A program made the translations under genes and the position numbers. Below the pieces are notes generated by a model. That model was not told where the DNA came from, did not search any database, and saw only the letters and a program-made list of their open reading frames with translations. A DNA stretch of 64,000 bases from Auanema rhodensis (Eukaryota > Animalia > Nematoda): contig OZ059895.1 of the NCBI GenBank assembly GCA_964057225.1, positions 6,386,001-6,450,000 of the forward strand, read 5' to 3'. Shown in pieces: positions 39,079 through 53,362 of this stretch (the first letter of the stretch is position 1; each line of letters begins with the position of its first letter).

Positions 39079-42000
39079 ATAAGCAAGAGTTTAGTATAAG
39101 TTTGATCAAGGTGTAAATGTGTGTAAGCATGGCTAAAAAGATATATGAATTATACATATAATCAAATTATATAATTGAGATTGAAACACAAATAATTTAA
39201 AAAATAAAATTAATAAAGAAGAGAAAAATAAAAAAAAATTAGATAAGAATATTAGAATTTATTTAATTAAATAGATTGAATATAGCTAATACAGTAGATA
39301 CATTGATGATACTGCTTCTCATTTCCTGAAAAAAAAATGAAAAAATTAAAAAAAGAAAATATGATGAGAAGAACAGGAAAAGCTTTATGAAAGAAAGAAG
39401 ATCATCTGATAATCAAAATGAAAAGTTATAGATGGCAAAAGAAGACAAATTAAAATTTATGGAAGATGAGACAAACAAATAAACAGAAAATGAGTAATAA
39501 AGGATGGATATGGTTCATTTCTTTTAGTTTAAAAGAAGAAAATAAGCTAAACTAAGGCATTTTAGGAGTAATAGTAAAGTCTATAAAGAACAAATATGTT
39601 AATGAAACTCTAGCTTGAGTAAAAGAAAAATATGAAAAATGAAAAAAATCGTAGGCAGTGCATAGGGAGTGGGTTGAAGAGAATGAGAAGGTAGAAAGAT
39701 CAGCAATGAATTAAATACATAATAACTATAGTATAAAACATAAAAATATTTATATTATATGTATATAGTTAGTAAAAATGAAAATAGCTTTTCCATTATT
39801 GCACAAATTATCATTTCCGATGAGGATAATGCGGAAGACTGACGGCTCACAAAGCAGATTGCAGCTACAAACCGTTAGAGATTTTGATGGAAACCTTACT
39901 AAAGATATGATGAAGAGCAGACACAACAGAAGAAAACATAATATTCTTCAAGAAAACTACTGAAAAGGTACTTGTATATATGAATATTATATAATTATAA
40001 TTAATATAGTTAAGTATATGTATATATAAATATTAACATCACATATGTATGTATGATATGCTCATCGAACAATAAAAAAAACTTTGATATCCTATACTAT
40101 ACTATACTATACTATATAATATATTTTTCTTGAAATAGAGTTATAAATCATGGAACAATCAAAGATAATAATAGACTTTATAAATATTGTTTATGTAATG
40201 TCTTATATTGGAAAAATTGTATGAAAGAATGATAAAAGAAAACATTGAAAAAGACAAATGTACTTCATCATCATTCATTAGTCTTAGATAATATCCTTTT
40301 TCTTCTTTTTACTATACAATATGATGTCAAATTAAGAATAAACTATGCGTAATGAATGAAAATTTTTCTTTTTTTTTGTTGTGAAAAGATGAGAAACAAT
40401 AAAATATTTGAAAGGTAAATATACATATATGTATATAATTCAATATATTCAATTTAAAACCATAATAAACAAAATTATAAACAAATTTGAAAAGTAAACA
40501 CATAAAACGTGACAGGATCATGATCATGATCATCAATATTGAGAATGAAAAGCTCAAAAATATAATATTAGATCAATCAGAATACCGGTTCTCTTCTCAA
40601 AAAATGAAGAAAAATCGTGTGAAGTGAAGCTGATAAACAGAAACAAAATGTGCAAAGTTCAAGAGGAAATGAAAGAAAAAAAGAACAAAATTTTGAAATC
40701 ATTCAAGTAACAACCTCACTACATTGACTCTTTTCCCTCCGATTTTCCTTTACACTCCGATGCAATTTACTTTTATACGGGTATGAAAGAGAAAAGGAAA
40801 CCAGACATGCAAGTATGAGAGATGAGAAAAGCTATCGCCGATAAAACAATCCCAAAACGTTAAAAGAGAAAAAAGAGTTGAAAAAAGTGATAGAAATAGT
40901 AATATATGAAAAGATAAGGAGGGAGAGAAGGAGGAAGAGAGGGAGAAAGAGAGAGAAGAAGGAGGGAGAGAGAAATAAATAAATAAAAGGTATTGGGAAA
41001 AAAGGGGAGAGAGAGAGAGAGAGAGAGAGAGAGGTTGGGAGGGGGAAGATGAAAGAAAAGACAAAATAAGACGAATTAGATGAAAATTTATTTTGACTTT
41101 TCTTATATGGCATGTGACATGATAAAAGAAATTAGCATAAACATGAAAAATGAAAATAAGAAAAGGAGGAAAGTACATCAGAATAGAAATGATCATCGTT
41201 GAAGTTGAAGAATATTTGAATTGAGAGAGACAGTCTTAACTAACTATTCTTATATACTATATATACTATATACTATATATATAATATATTTATATTATAC
41301 ATATAATATATCAAAATGATATATCGTCATTTAAATAGAACATCTGTTCATATTTCAAATTATTCACACATATAGAAACATATAGATAGATAGAACAACA
41401 TACGAACATACGAACTATTCTGATCTGAATTTCAATATTTGATAGTATTATATGTATAATCATTATATTATATATATATATATATAGTTATATATACTAT
41501 AGGTTGTTAGAAAAAGAATATAAAAACAAATCATCTTAATCATTTTATTTATAATTCTTTATTCAACTTATAGTTAAGAATATTATAATATAAGTATAAA
41601 GAATTATATAACTATACATATAGTATATATTATTCTATATATTCATATTTTCAAATATAAAATAAACTTCTTTTTTTTTGTTAAAAATCATATTCATTGA
41701 TGTAAAAAAGTCAAATATAAAAAAACTTTTGAAATAATTCAATAGATATGAATATGAAAATTAATTCTTATTCAGTATATATATATATATTTTTTTTTTA
41801 TAATTTATATACTATATTCATATAATAAACTTTGATTTACATCTTACATCATTTTGTTTTTGTTTATTTGTAAGAAGTATATATATCTAAGATATACAAG
41901 CTATACATACATACATACATCAGATATGCTTTCACAAGATATTTCATCCCAAGAGAAAGAATTGTTTCTTCTTCTCCAGTCAATACTTTGTAAATGAAGG

Positions 42001-43590
42001 TGACTACAAAAAAATGGATGAAAGAGAGAGAGAGAGAGAGCCAAGTGAATGAGGAGGAGCAACAAGACAAAGTCCAAAGATTTCAAATGATGAAAGAAAA
42101 AAAGAGAGAAAAAGTAGGCAATATATTAGAATAGAAAAACATATTAATACGTTGTTTTGTAATTGAAAAAAAAGGGAAAGAAAATTAAATGAAATTGTGA
42201 TTAAACTAACAAAATAAATAAAACAAAAAAAAGGAAAAGATATTATTATAATTAAATTATTAAATTATATTAAAAAATTATTATTTATATTTATTTATAT
42301 ATAAAATAATAATAAAATACAAATAAATATATAAACTATATATTTTAATTAATAATTATATTATAATATATATATACTTTTGACTTTTTTGATCAATTTT
42401 TATTATAAAATAATAATAATAATATAGTAAAAAGTAGGGTATAGTATATAAAATAATTACTAAATATGTATATAAGTTAAAGAAAAAACGAAATTCAACT
42501 TCTCAAGTCTGTTAATAGTTAATAGGTTTGTTGTTGTTTAGTTTTTGAAATGTAAATTCGACATTTTCCTTTTTTGAATATTATTAGGAAGAAAAGGATA
42601 ATATTATATATTATATAGTTTAATCTTAAACTATATTATATAATATACAGTTATTTTAATATATAATTTCATATAAAAGATTATAAAATTTCAAAATAGA
42701 AGGACGGCTGAAGAGAATGAAACAGCTATATGTATGTATATATGACATCAGAATAAAATAATTTATATGGTATAATCAGAAATATATTGAAACAGTTCAA
42801 CATTAATGAAATGAAAGCACAGTTTATAATGAAAAAAAATTATCGAAACTCATTGAGAGTTGTTGAATTAGATCAGAAGATTAAGTATGAATATAGAAAT
42901 AGTTAACTAATAGTTTATATAGTATAGATGAGTAGAGTTGTTAGAATGATTAACTAAATGAAATAATTTCTATTTATATAGTTAATATAGTATAATATTT
43001 GAAAATATAATGAATATTTGAAATGTTTTATGAGTTTAAAATGAAAAAAATTATTGTTTATGCAAGATGATACAGAGAGGCAAACAAGAGGTTAAACATA
43101 GAAAAGTGGTCATTACAACAAAATACAATGAATAAAGCTTAATATTATCGTTTAATCAATATATTTATATACTATATATATAGTATATATAGTTAAAATG
43201 TTCATATATTCACACATATAAATATACATTGAAGTATAATCATCTTCTATTTCCAATAATTAAAAATTAACGACATTGTTACTTTAAAAGTAAGCTAAAA
43301 ATAAGAAAAATAAAGAACTTTAAAGATAGAGTAAAGTTAGAAGAAAGAAAAAAAGAAAGTTGAAACAGGAATAGCTAAAAAGAAAAAAATAAGAGAGAAG
43401 GGTAAAATGCTTAGTTGACAAGATCATTAGTAGCAGTTACTTGATGATTAAATGCAAAAAAAAGAAAATATGAGGAAAATAATTCAGGGAGAATATACAG
43501 TATATAAATCAAAAACAATAATAAATTTTGAGGTGAATGAAGGTAGAAAGAGAAGAATAAGGTAAGCCATCGAACTATAGAAGAAGAGAT

Positions 43591-43686
43591 AGAGAGAGGG
43601 AGAGAGGGAGAGAGGGAAAGAGGGAGAGAGGGAGAGAGGGAAAGAGGAAGAGAGAGAGAGAGAGAGTAGTAAATGAAAAAAGAGGA
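43591..43686. repeat. (GGGAGAGA)n octamer repeat running into (GA)n
   Basis: About seven GGGAGAGA/GGGAAAGA units seen directly. Confidence 0.85.
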
Positions 43687-45071
43687 AACTGAATACATGA
43701 AAAAAGCAACCGATCAGCACATGTTTGATGAAAATAATGCATTTGAATGATGAAAAAAGGAAAAAGCACATGGGTCAAACAGTATATGCCACGTGACACG
43801 TCATAAGTACATATTCTGATTTCACGTGAATAACATCAAATATAAAAAAAAAGGAAGAAGAAGATGATGATGATGAAAGTATGAGGATATAATGAATAAA
43901 ACTATAAAAAGAGTAAATGTATGAAAGAAAAGTTCAAAATGCTACTACACTAGGGAAGTCCGGGATGCTTGTTGAAAATTGAGAATTTTTCATATTTCAT
44001 GAAGAAAATAGATATTCTAATACAAACAAATAATGTTAAAAAGCACAAAATATTAATAATATATACTATATAATAGAATATTATTTGATATTAGTTAAAT
44101 CTTAATAGTAAAAGAAATCACCTGAGGCAAGACATATATGAAAGACGTTTGAAGTCTTCTTCAAATTTCTTTGAGATATCTTCAATAGTTACACAATGGT
44201 TTATGAATGTATAATATATGAATATCAACATAAATAACTAACTAACTAACTATATTTATATAATATAAACAGTTAGATTTTCTTTTAAATTTTTTTGTTT
44301 CGTATATCTTATATTTAAGAGCATTGCTTTATAACTATGCTGAGTTCGTTCGATTCTTTTGTTCGACAGCACATTAAGCATAAAACCAGAGAGCTATTAG
44401 CTTTCTGGACAAAACATCCAGATTAGCAACTTGAACACATATATATATATATATATATAATACTAGTTTCTGTTATTACTATTACTATAAAGCTATGAAA
44501 AAGCATATAGTGAACATGAGCTAGAGCATTGACCCTTCATAAATACATTGACAACATACTATATTAGAGAACAATTTAATATGAAAAGGATGTGCATACA
44601 CGTATGTATATACATATATGTATGTGTGAGAGAGAGAGGGAGAGAGAGAGAGAGAGAGAAATTGGGAAAGAGAGAAGTATAAAGGTACACAGTAAAAGAG
44701 AGAAGAAGAGAAAGTCACAAAGAAAGGACATCAAATTGAAAAAAAAGCTCTGAACGAAATGAAATTAGGAGAGCGGCAAAGAAGTGTGCCATTATTCAGA
44801 AAAAGCTTTTGCGATTCAACTTGGCTTCACGAATGCTCACCGCTATTATCATCAATAGCCTAGCACTCACTCGTTTCAGTTGTCTGACTTCTGATAGTAT
44901 TAGAACAGATAATGGACAATAGACTAAGTTAGAAGAATGAATAGAAATTAAATGAAATGAGGGAAAGAAGAAGTTGATCATTTACAAGAAAAATGAATTT
45001 CATGACGTAAACCATTTGATGAAGTGAGAAAATGAAAAAAAAAATGATAAAGAGAAATATACTTTTAACAT

Positions 45072-45112
45072 GAAGAAGAAGAAGAAGAAGAAGAAGAAGA
45101 AGAAGAAGAAGA
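45072..45112. repeat. (GAA)n trinucleotide microsatellite
   Basis: Seen directly, about 13 units. Confidence 0.9.
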
Positions 45113-45866
45113 CGAATCAAATATAGAAAGAAGACGAAGAACACAATGAAAAGCAGTTAATTCCATGTTTATTTGACAATCGCTTTGACATAAAGCTACC
45201 TGACTGACAAACTGATATTTAACACAGGACAAGAATATCGGAAGGAGGACCAAGAGAGACAGAGAGAAGAAAAAATGAAAACAAGCTGTGGCACAGGACA
45301 AGTAAAGTCGATTAAACTACGTAAACACACATGTATATACACATGAAGACATATCTTTATTTATAACTTTTTATAAAAAGGTATATTATATTATATTTAT
45401 AACTATAAATAGTTTTAAATATGTATATTTATATATAAAGTAAATAGCAAAATGAAAAAATGCTATAAAGAGAGATTGATGGAGAGTAAGAGGGAGAAAA
45501 TGGACAGAAGAAGGATTAGAAGCAAACATGGTCAGAGTGAATCAAGAAAAAGGAGGAAGAGAGAAAAGGAGAAACATAGCCACAAGCTGTACTCTATTGT
45601 TCATTTAAGGGACAAGTCAACACATAAAGAACCTGGATAGGTAAAGATGATGATTATGGTCACAAAATACTTATAAGTATTGATTATTTATATTAATTTA
45701 TATAATTAATTAAATTATAAAGATATAATGAGTACATTTAGAAAAAAATGATGAAAAGTAATAAAGTTTCAAATATGAATTTTGAACGAGAGAAAGAGAG
45801 ATAACGAAAAATGGAAATATAAAGTATAAGTAGGGAGGAAAAGAGAGAGAAATAGAGAGAAGAGGA

Positions 45867-45870
<4 letters not shown>

Positions 45871-45919
<49 letters not shown>
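45871..45919. repeat. (GA)n microsatellite
   Basis: Seen directly in sequence. Confidence 0.9.
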
Positions 45920-45922
<3 letters not shown>

Positions 45923-47579
45923 GGAAGAGAGGAAGTAAGAAGATAAGAATGTCTAGATACTAAGAGAAATTGAGAGTAACCGACGAGAATAACCAAGAAA
46001 TAAGTGAACGAAGGAAAAAGAAATCATAACATAGAAGCTTTGAAGATGATATATCCAAAAGGTTTTTATGATTCAATCAAAATACCTCTCTCAATTCAAA
46101 TCAAGAATATTCTCTTGAAGATGAGGAATACTAGACCGCAAAACATGAATATGAAGTGAATTACAGGAAAAATAAAGTCGACAAATGGAAAGAACAACAC
46201 ATGATGGAGAAGATGCTGACCAAATGTGATTGAAAAAAAGAAAAAAAAAGGAAAAATAGAATAGAAGAGAAGTAACATATGACTGAATATAGTTTGATTT
46301 CTTATAATAATCTTTATAATATATTTCAAACTACTAATTCATTTATATCTATTAAAATAGTTATGAAACCTTCTACATCGTCATAAAAGAGTAAAAGAAA
46401 TACTTAAATGCTGGAAGAAGATGAGAAGAATGAAATCAGACAGCTTACGCTCGAATGCTGCAGCAAGAGCTGGACATACAGCTCCATATGAGCATATGAA
46501 AGAATGTTTTCTGCAGTTAAAAAAAAAGAAACAAAAATGAAATATGGAGAAGAAGAAGAAGAAATTAAAAGAAGAAACAAATCAAGAAAGTTGTTTCGTG
46601 TATAGTGTGAGAGGTCGGTGAATGGCAAAACAGATTAGTCGACAATGAAAGTTGCAAAGATGTGCGAATAGGAAATGATAAAAGTCAAAAAGTGCAGAAA
46701 GTTGGAATTAATTTAGCCAAGTTTTCATTTGGGTCAATGTTTTCAATATAATTCTTTTATCTTTATATATTATAATTAATATAGTTATATAAATTATATA
46801 ATAAATAACTTAAAATCTTATAAAATAAAAATATTTTTAAAATAACAATAAAATAATTTATATACATACATATATAACATAGGTTAAAAGAGAGAGAGAG
46901 AGAGAATGAACTTGAAAAGAATTGAAAGATCCAGTCCCTCACCTCATCTTTTATTCTTTTTTTCTTCAAAAATGTCCTTTTCATTTGTCATTTTTCAGAT
47001 TCAATGGCATTATTAATCATGTAAAGTTTGTATCTTTTTCACGACGACATAACTCAAAAATCAAATTTTTTTAATAAAACTTGATGAATCGAAAAAAAAA
47101 TTAACAACTAGAATGGAATCAGAAGCTATCGTCGAGACTGAATTTTGAATCAGATATGAAAATTAATCTGAATACGAATATAGATGGATGAATAGATGGA
47201 AGGATGAAATCAAAAATCTTCTATGAAACAGAATCTTAATCTGTCTAGCAAAGCTTTTGGGGGTTCACTATTATCTCTCTATCTCTCTCTCCATCTCTTT
47301 CTCTCTCTCTCTCTCACTCGCTCTCTCTCATCTTTTGGATGTAAGTAGTTGTATAAGATAGGTTGGTTTAGCCCAAAAAAAAAAACGAAAAATGGCCAAC
47401 CAGCTAATGTGTCTACCTCAAAACAACAAAAAAAGTGAACATTGACTTCTGAAGATGGTTCCAAGCATAGTTAAGTATCAGTAGTATAAAGTAGCAAAGT
47501 AAAAAACGATATTTATGAAGTCATATTGGTCAGAAAATCATAAAACTTAGAGAAAAGAAGGAAGAAATAAGTTACTCAC

Positions 47580-47707
47580 TTGTAATAGATAAAACAGTTG
47601 GAAAATTGAGCCGAAAAGAACATCGGTATGTCCTAAGCTTATAAGCATTCTCTACTAGCATCCTTTTGCATTTCTCTCATTGCATCAGATGAGTGTGAGA
47701 GAAAATG
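47580..47707 (-). other. Candidate 128-nt orphan exon (5' UTR or short alternative first exon)
   Basis: Consensus acceptor TTTCAATTTTCAG| and consensus donor |GTGAGT flank it. ATG at 47661 opens 27 codons to a phase-1 donor. Confidence 0.35.
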
Positions 47708-50700
47708 CTGAAAATTGAAAAGAAGGGCTTTCAGATGAGATGATACCAAACGAGAAAAGGATGCTTATCCTTCTAGAATAGTGAAAAGCTCTCGTCCGAA
47801 AAACTAATCCTACTAATAGGTCGGACGATCAGACAATAACCTCAGAAGTTAGAGAAAATGGAAAACGAAAGAAAGATCTTTACTTCAGAAGCATTATCAA
47901 ATGAAACGATCAACGATGAATAAAGAGCAAATATAGTAAACAAAAAGTTGAAAATAGTTAGTGAGAGTTCAACATTAATTATCAAAAGATGCTACTACTA
48001 ACTAAGACACAAGGGCAAATGAGCAAAACAATGTCTAGATTTCGTTAAGATGATATTCTTGTAGAAAAATGAGAAATAGTAAAGAACACAGTTAAAGAAA
48101 GAAAGAGAGAGAGAGAGAGAGAGATATGTCAGAAATTGAAAAAGATTTGAACATTTACATGGCTTGTGACCATTAGTCTTCTACTTCATCTTCTTCTTCT
48201 TCTTCTTCTTTATATATTATACTATTATTATTGTTTATTTGTTAACAATTTGTTGTAAAAAATGAAACAAAATTGAAAATAAAAGAACAAAAATTTGAAA
48301 AAAAAGGAAAGAAAAAGTAGTATCATCATTGAAAAATGATTCAGAAGAAGCTTAGATGGAGAATAAAATGCAAAAGAACAGCAAGATAAAGAAAAAGAAA
48401 ATGAAGATGCAATAACATCAGAATAGAATGCACGCAGATGGTCATTTTCATCAAGAAATAGCTCCCAAGGCGAAAAGAAATGAAAAAACTCCATAAAACA
48501 AGATTGTAAGTCATGGAAATCTTGAAAATGCTTAAGAATAGTATAGAGTTGTCAGACAATTTTAAGAAATATTATATAGAAAGATATAGTAAATAGAAAT
48601 ATATTTATATTCTTAACTATATGTATAATAAATTTATAAAATTAAAATATAATAATTAATATATATATTATACGTATAATTAATTAATAATGATATAAAT
48701 TTTATAAAAAAAAGAATTAGTTAAGAAGAAAGTACTTATCTCCATTTTTTTTGGAAAAAAAATTTAAACGAACAGATACTTATGTGGATTTTGAAACAGA
48801 GAAATTGAATTGAAGATGTGATTCGTTAAGTAAAAATCAAAAATCGGAGAACGCAATTCGATGTAGAAATCAGGCGACAACAAGGATAACAGAGTGTTTT
48901 GAAAAATTTCCAAAAAACTTGCAAGCCCAGAGGTCAGTTGGAAGCTTTGCCAATTTACTCTGCAGGATCTGTGAGCTATCGCAGGTCTGAAGGGCCAGTT
49001 GTTTGGATGAAAAACACGAAAAGTCAGCGAAGCGATAACAGAGAGGGAAGTGGAAAGAAACAGAGATTGAAGAAATACCCAAGAGACACCTGAGACGTTG
49101 ACAGACTGGAAAGAAATCAAAAAAAAAATAAGAAGAAGGAGATATCGAATAGAGAAAAAGAAATGCCAAGAAACATCATAGTATAATATTTAAAGGAAAT
49201 CCTAAGAAAAATAATTTATTTAACAGATAAGTATCATATTCATAGTTTAAAGTACATCATGGTTCAAATATATATTTTTCTTAAACATTATTCAAAAAAT
49301 GAGCGAATGAATCAGTTGCAGTCATACGAAAAGCTCACCAATTTGGCATATAGTAGGCTCATTCAGGCATGGACTGCATTGGTCAGGACAGCTGAAACAC
49401 GCAAAGTGCACTACAACTACAGCTTATATAGACCAAAAATGAAGTAAAATAACTAATTAGGATGTTGAAAACGACATCGGTTCAAACACATTGATGACAT
49501 AGTCATTGATATCGTTTTTAGGCTTCTTAAGTATATATCTGTGTATGTATATGTGTTAAAGAATCAATGTATTTCTTGAATTCTTATGACTTCTTATTGA
49601 ATTAGTTGTTATATGGCTCATCAGAAATACCAATTCAATATGTTTTTCAATAGAAAATATTTAAAACATTGTCTAAAATGTGGAAAAGGACATACAGCGT
49701 GAAAACAGAAAATCAAGCTCAATATGCGAAAAGGTCGCCGAATTCAATGGGTGTTCATGTGCCTTGGAATTATTCTTTTTCAGTTTCCACCCAGATCTAT
49801 TCATGTTTTACAAAGAAAATGTTTAAAAATACATTGTTTTTTCTCGAAATTCTCGTTAGAAAGACAATAGAAAAGTACTACCAAAATTTGGTTGAAAAGC
49901 CTTAATACGATAAAATCAGAAAAAAAAATAGATCTTCACTCTCTTAACTATATCATATAGTTTAATCTAATCTGTCTGATCAACCTAGCTTCAGCACCTT
50001 GTTCAACGTTAACTTGGATTTCAAAATCGATCGAAAATTGAGTCCTAAAGAGATTCAAACTTTGTATTGCCTCTTCTCTCCCTCTCTCCCTTCACCCCCC
50101 TCTCCTCTCTCCCTCTCTCTCTCCCTCCCTCTTTCCCTCCCTTCCTCTCTTGATTTTCCCTACCACTCTTCTCACAAGTCTCAGAATTTCACATTTTCTT
50201 TCTTTATCTGATTTGACACCTGCCGCACTCTTTCAAGCCATTCACTTTATGTTTTTTCTCATTAAGATGACAAGCAATTCCCAAAAAATATTTCATGGAT
50301 TGATAATTAAAGATTAACAATCAATTATATAATAATCCTTAATAATAATAATATTAAAAGAAAGTTTAATGAAATTATAAAATCTTTGTAATATGTAACA
50401 ATAAAACAAGAACTCATACAATTATTATTACAGAGAGAAAGAGGTAGAGATAGAGAGAGAGAGATAGAGAAGGAGAAGTAGAGAGAGAGAGAGACAGATT
50501 GAGAGAGAGAAAGAGTAGTTTTCGATAATTAAAGTATATAAGCTTATGAAGTATTTCATTTAGCCCGTTAAGGTGAAGTATCAATGAAAAAATTAAAAAA
50601 ATGAGATAAATAGTTAGAAATATAACTTATCTATATATATAATTAAATATTAAATATATATATTTAATAAAATATAATTAATAGACAGAAATAAAGAAAT

Positions 50701-53310
50701 ATATTAGAAATTAAAAAAAAAATAAAACAATTTTTATTATTTGAAATAAAAATAAATTATAATTAAATATAATTAATAAATATTTAAGAATATATATATC
50801 TGATATATATTACTGTATTATGATTCATTAATGTAAGAAAATGAAGAATTGAATTTAGCGATTCGAAGATATATGTACAAGAGAAAAACCTAGAGATCAA
50901 GTGCTAAGCTACAGATTGCTAATTCTGATACGTACGCTGATTTCTCCATCTGAAGATGTCTGACGAAATTACAACATCGCCGTATGTGACGACCTTGCTT
51001 GTCTTTCAATACATTCCTCATTTTTGCCACATACGTATGGCTTGAACCAGACCGTTTAAACTAATACTGCGTCAGAATTCGCGTCGTTTTCCTTCAAGTC
51101 ATCACCGGCTAGATTTGGACGATAACCCATCAAACAGAATCTGAGTTATCGTCCTTTGTATTTCATTTGGTGAAACCCGTCATTAGAGATTTGTTATCAG
51201 TGATTTGAGCTTTAGAATTCATTGAATATACATAGAATATATCCTTAACATTAGAAAAATGAAAAGATGATGAAACATAAGACATATGAACGAATGAAAA
51301 TGCATCAACTAGATAGATTCAATAGCATATTGTGTTATAAGCATCGAGTTATTAAACTTGAAAGCTTATAATGGGTTAGTTGAAGTATATAAAAAAGAAT
51401 TTTTCTAATAAGTTAAAGAAATAAAATATAAACTATATTCATATAGTTAAATAGGGTAAAATAACAGTAAATTTAAATAAATAATTTGAAATTAGAAAGA
51501 TAAGAAAAATAAAAATAATTGTATAAGAAGCTTTGAATTCATTGAGAAAGAACTATGTACAACATCATGTAAGCTAGACGATATGAGTTGCAACTGACTG
51601 AGTAACTGACCGACTACCCTGGCTGTCGGTGTTAATTGGCCAAATAAGGAGCTGCTTTTCAGAAATGGCAAATGAGAAAGCGTAGAAGCAAAATTAAAAT
51701 TAAATATAAAACATTTGAAAAAGAAACAAATGTTATATATGATATTGAAGAGAAAATAAATATATAAATTAATTATAATTTGCATAAGTTAAAGATTTGG
51801 AATTTATAATCAAAAAAAGAAAAAAAAAAGGAATGAAGAAGAAGAAAAGAAAAAATTGAAGTACAGTTTTCAATTGAATCACACATTTTAGAAATACATT
51901 TCACAAATATAGAAATGGCGAGAAGAAAAAACTCAGAAAAAACCACTCAAGCAAGAAGTGAGGAATGTTTCAGAGTCAGTTGAAAAAATTGACAAATCAA
52001 GGATGAATTCAAATGAAAGTTCTAGTGACATAAAGAAAATTGCACATCAGGTTCCAGTGGAAAACTCAATGCTCAAGCTCTGAATCTCAAGTACTGCAGA
52101 GTTGTTCGAATAGTAAGCACGAAATGGAGTGTAATAGACATCATACAAGTCGTGTTGAACCAAAATTGAAGATTAAGATTGAAGAGAATGTTAAAAGATT
52201 TAAAAGAAAATTAAATATCAAGTATATATATGTATATATCATATAGTAAGATATCTTATAGCATATCTTAATCCTTAAATCTTAAGTTTACTTACATTCA
52301 GTATATATTCAACGATTAGAATAAAAGAAATATTTGCACAAAGACAAAGTTAAATGGTTATGAAGCCAATTATAGCAATGAAATGCTTAAATTTAGAAAA
52401 ATTTATGACAGGAAATCAAATAATTATATAGAACAAATGAAAATGAAGAAGATCAACCGTTTTGATCATCTGCAAAAGCAAAAAAAAAGATAATTCATGT
52501 GCATAGTTAGCACGTGAAAACGCCAGATAATTATTCTAATTTCCTTTAGATATAGTTACGTCATCATAAAAATCTTCAAGAAACTATATAATACTTAAAA
52601 TATTCAAAAATATTAGAGTTAAACGTAAATTTACAAAAAAAACCAATTCTTTCGTTTTTTTTTCAACTAAAATGTTGAAAAGAATTGAAAAAAATGACAA
52701 TTGGAATCACATATCCGAGATTAAACTAAAAAGAAATTTGCAAATGCCGTGGGAAAGATATAAAAAGAAAAGAAAATATTGTTGAAAGAAAAAACCAACA
52801 ACAAGGAAAAGAGAGTTGAAGCTATGGAGAGAGGAAGAGTCACACAAATCTTCTTACTGACCACAATCATACGAAGCAACAAAGCAGGAAAGTAATTTGA
52901 GTAGTAGTAATATACAGTGCTAAACATCAACAAAATTTATTTTTGTTTGGAACAATAATAAAGAACTCTACATGATTGTACGGAGTGTTAGTGTGTATGT
53001 GCTTCGAACTAAGATCATACAATCTCTTTTCCATCTTTTCAAAGCTATTCCTCTTCTCTCATTCTCTACTCTTCATCTTTCTCTCTCTAGCACCATCTCA
53101 AAGGCTTTATAAGGCCAATGAGTAAACGCTAAGCGGCTATTTTCCTTGGGTTCATGAAAGAACAACACCCTCGAATGCGAAGCTCCACGAAGCGTTGTTG
53201 TCTCGATCTCAACTACGTAGTCAGATGGGTGTCTGGATGCTTGATTAATGACCGAATTGAAGAACGTTCTCGACAACTTATGACATCTTAGCAGATTTCT
53301 CTAGTTCAAA

Positions 53311-53311
<1 letters not shown>

Positions 53312-53353
<42 letters not shown>
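53312..53353. repeat. (TC)n microsatellite
   Basis: Seen directly in sequence. Confidence 0.9.
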
Positions 53354-53362
<9 letters not shown>

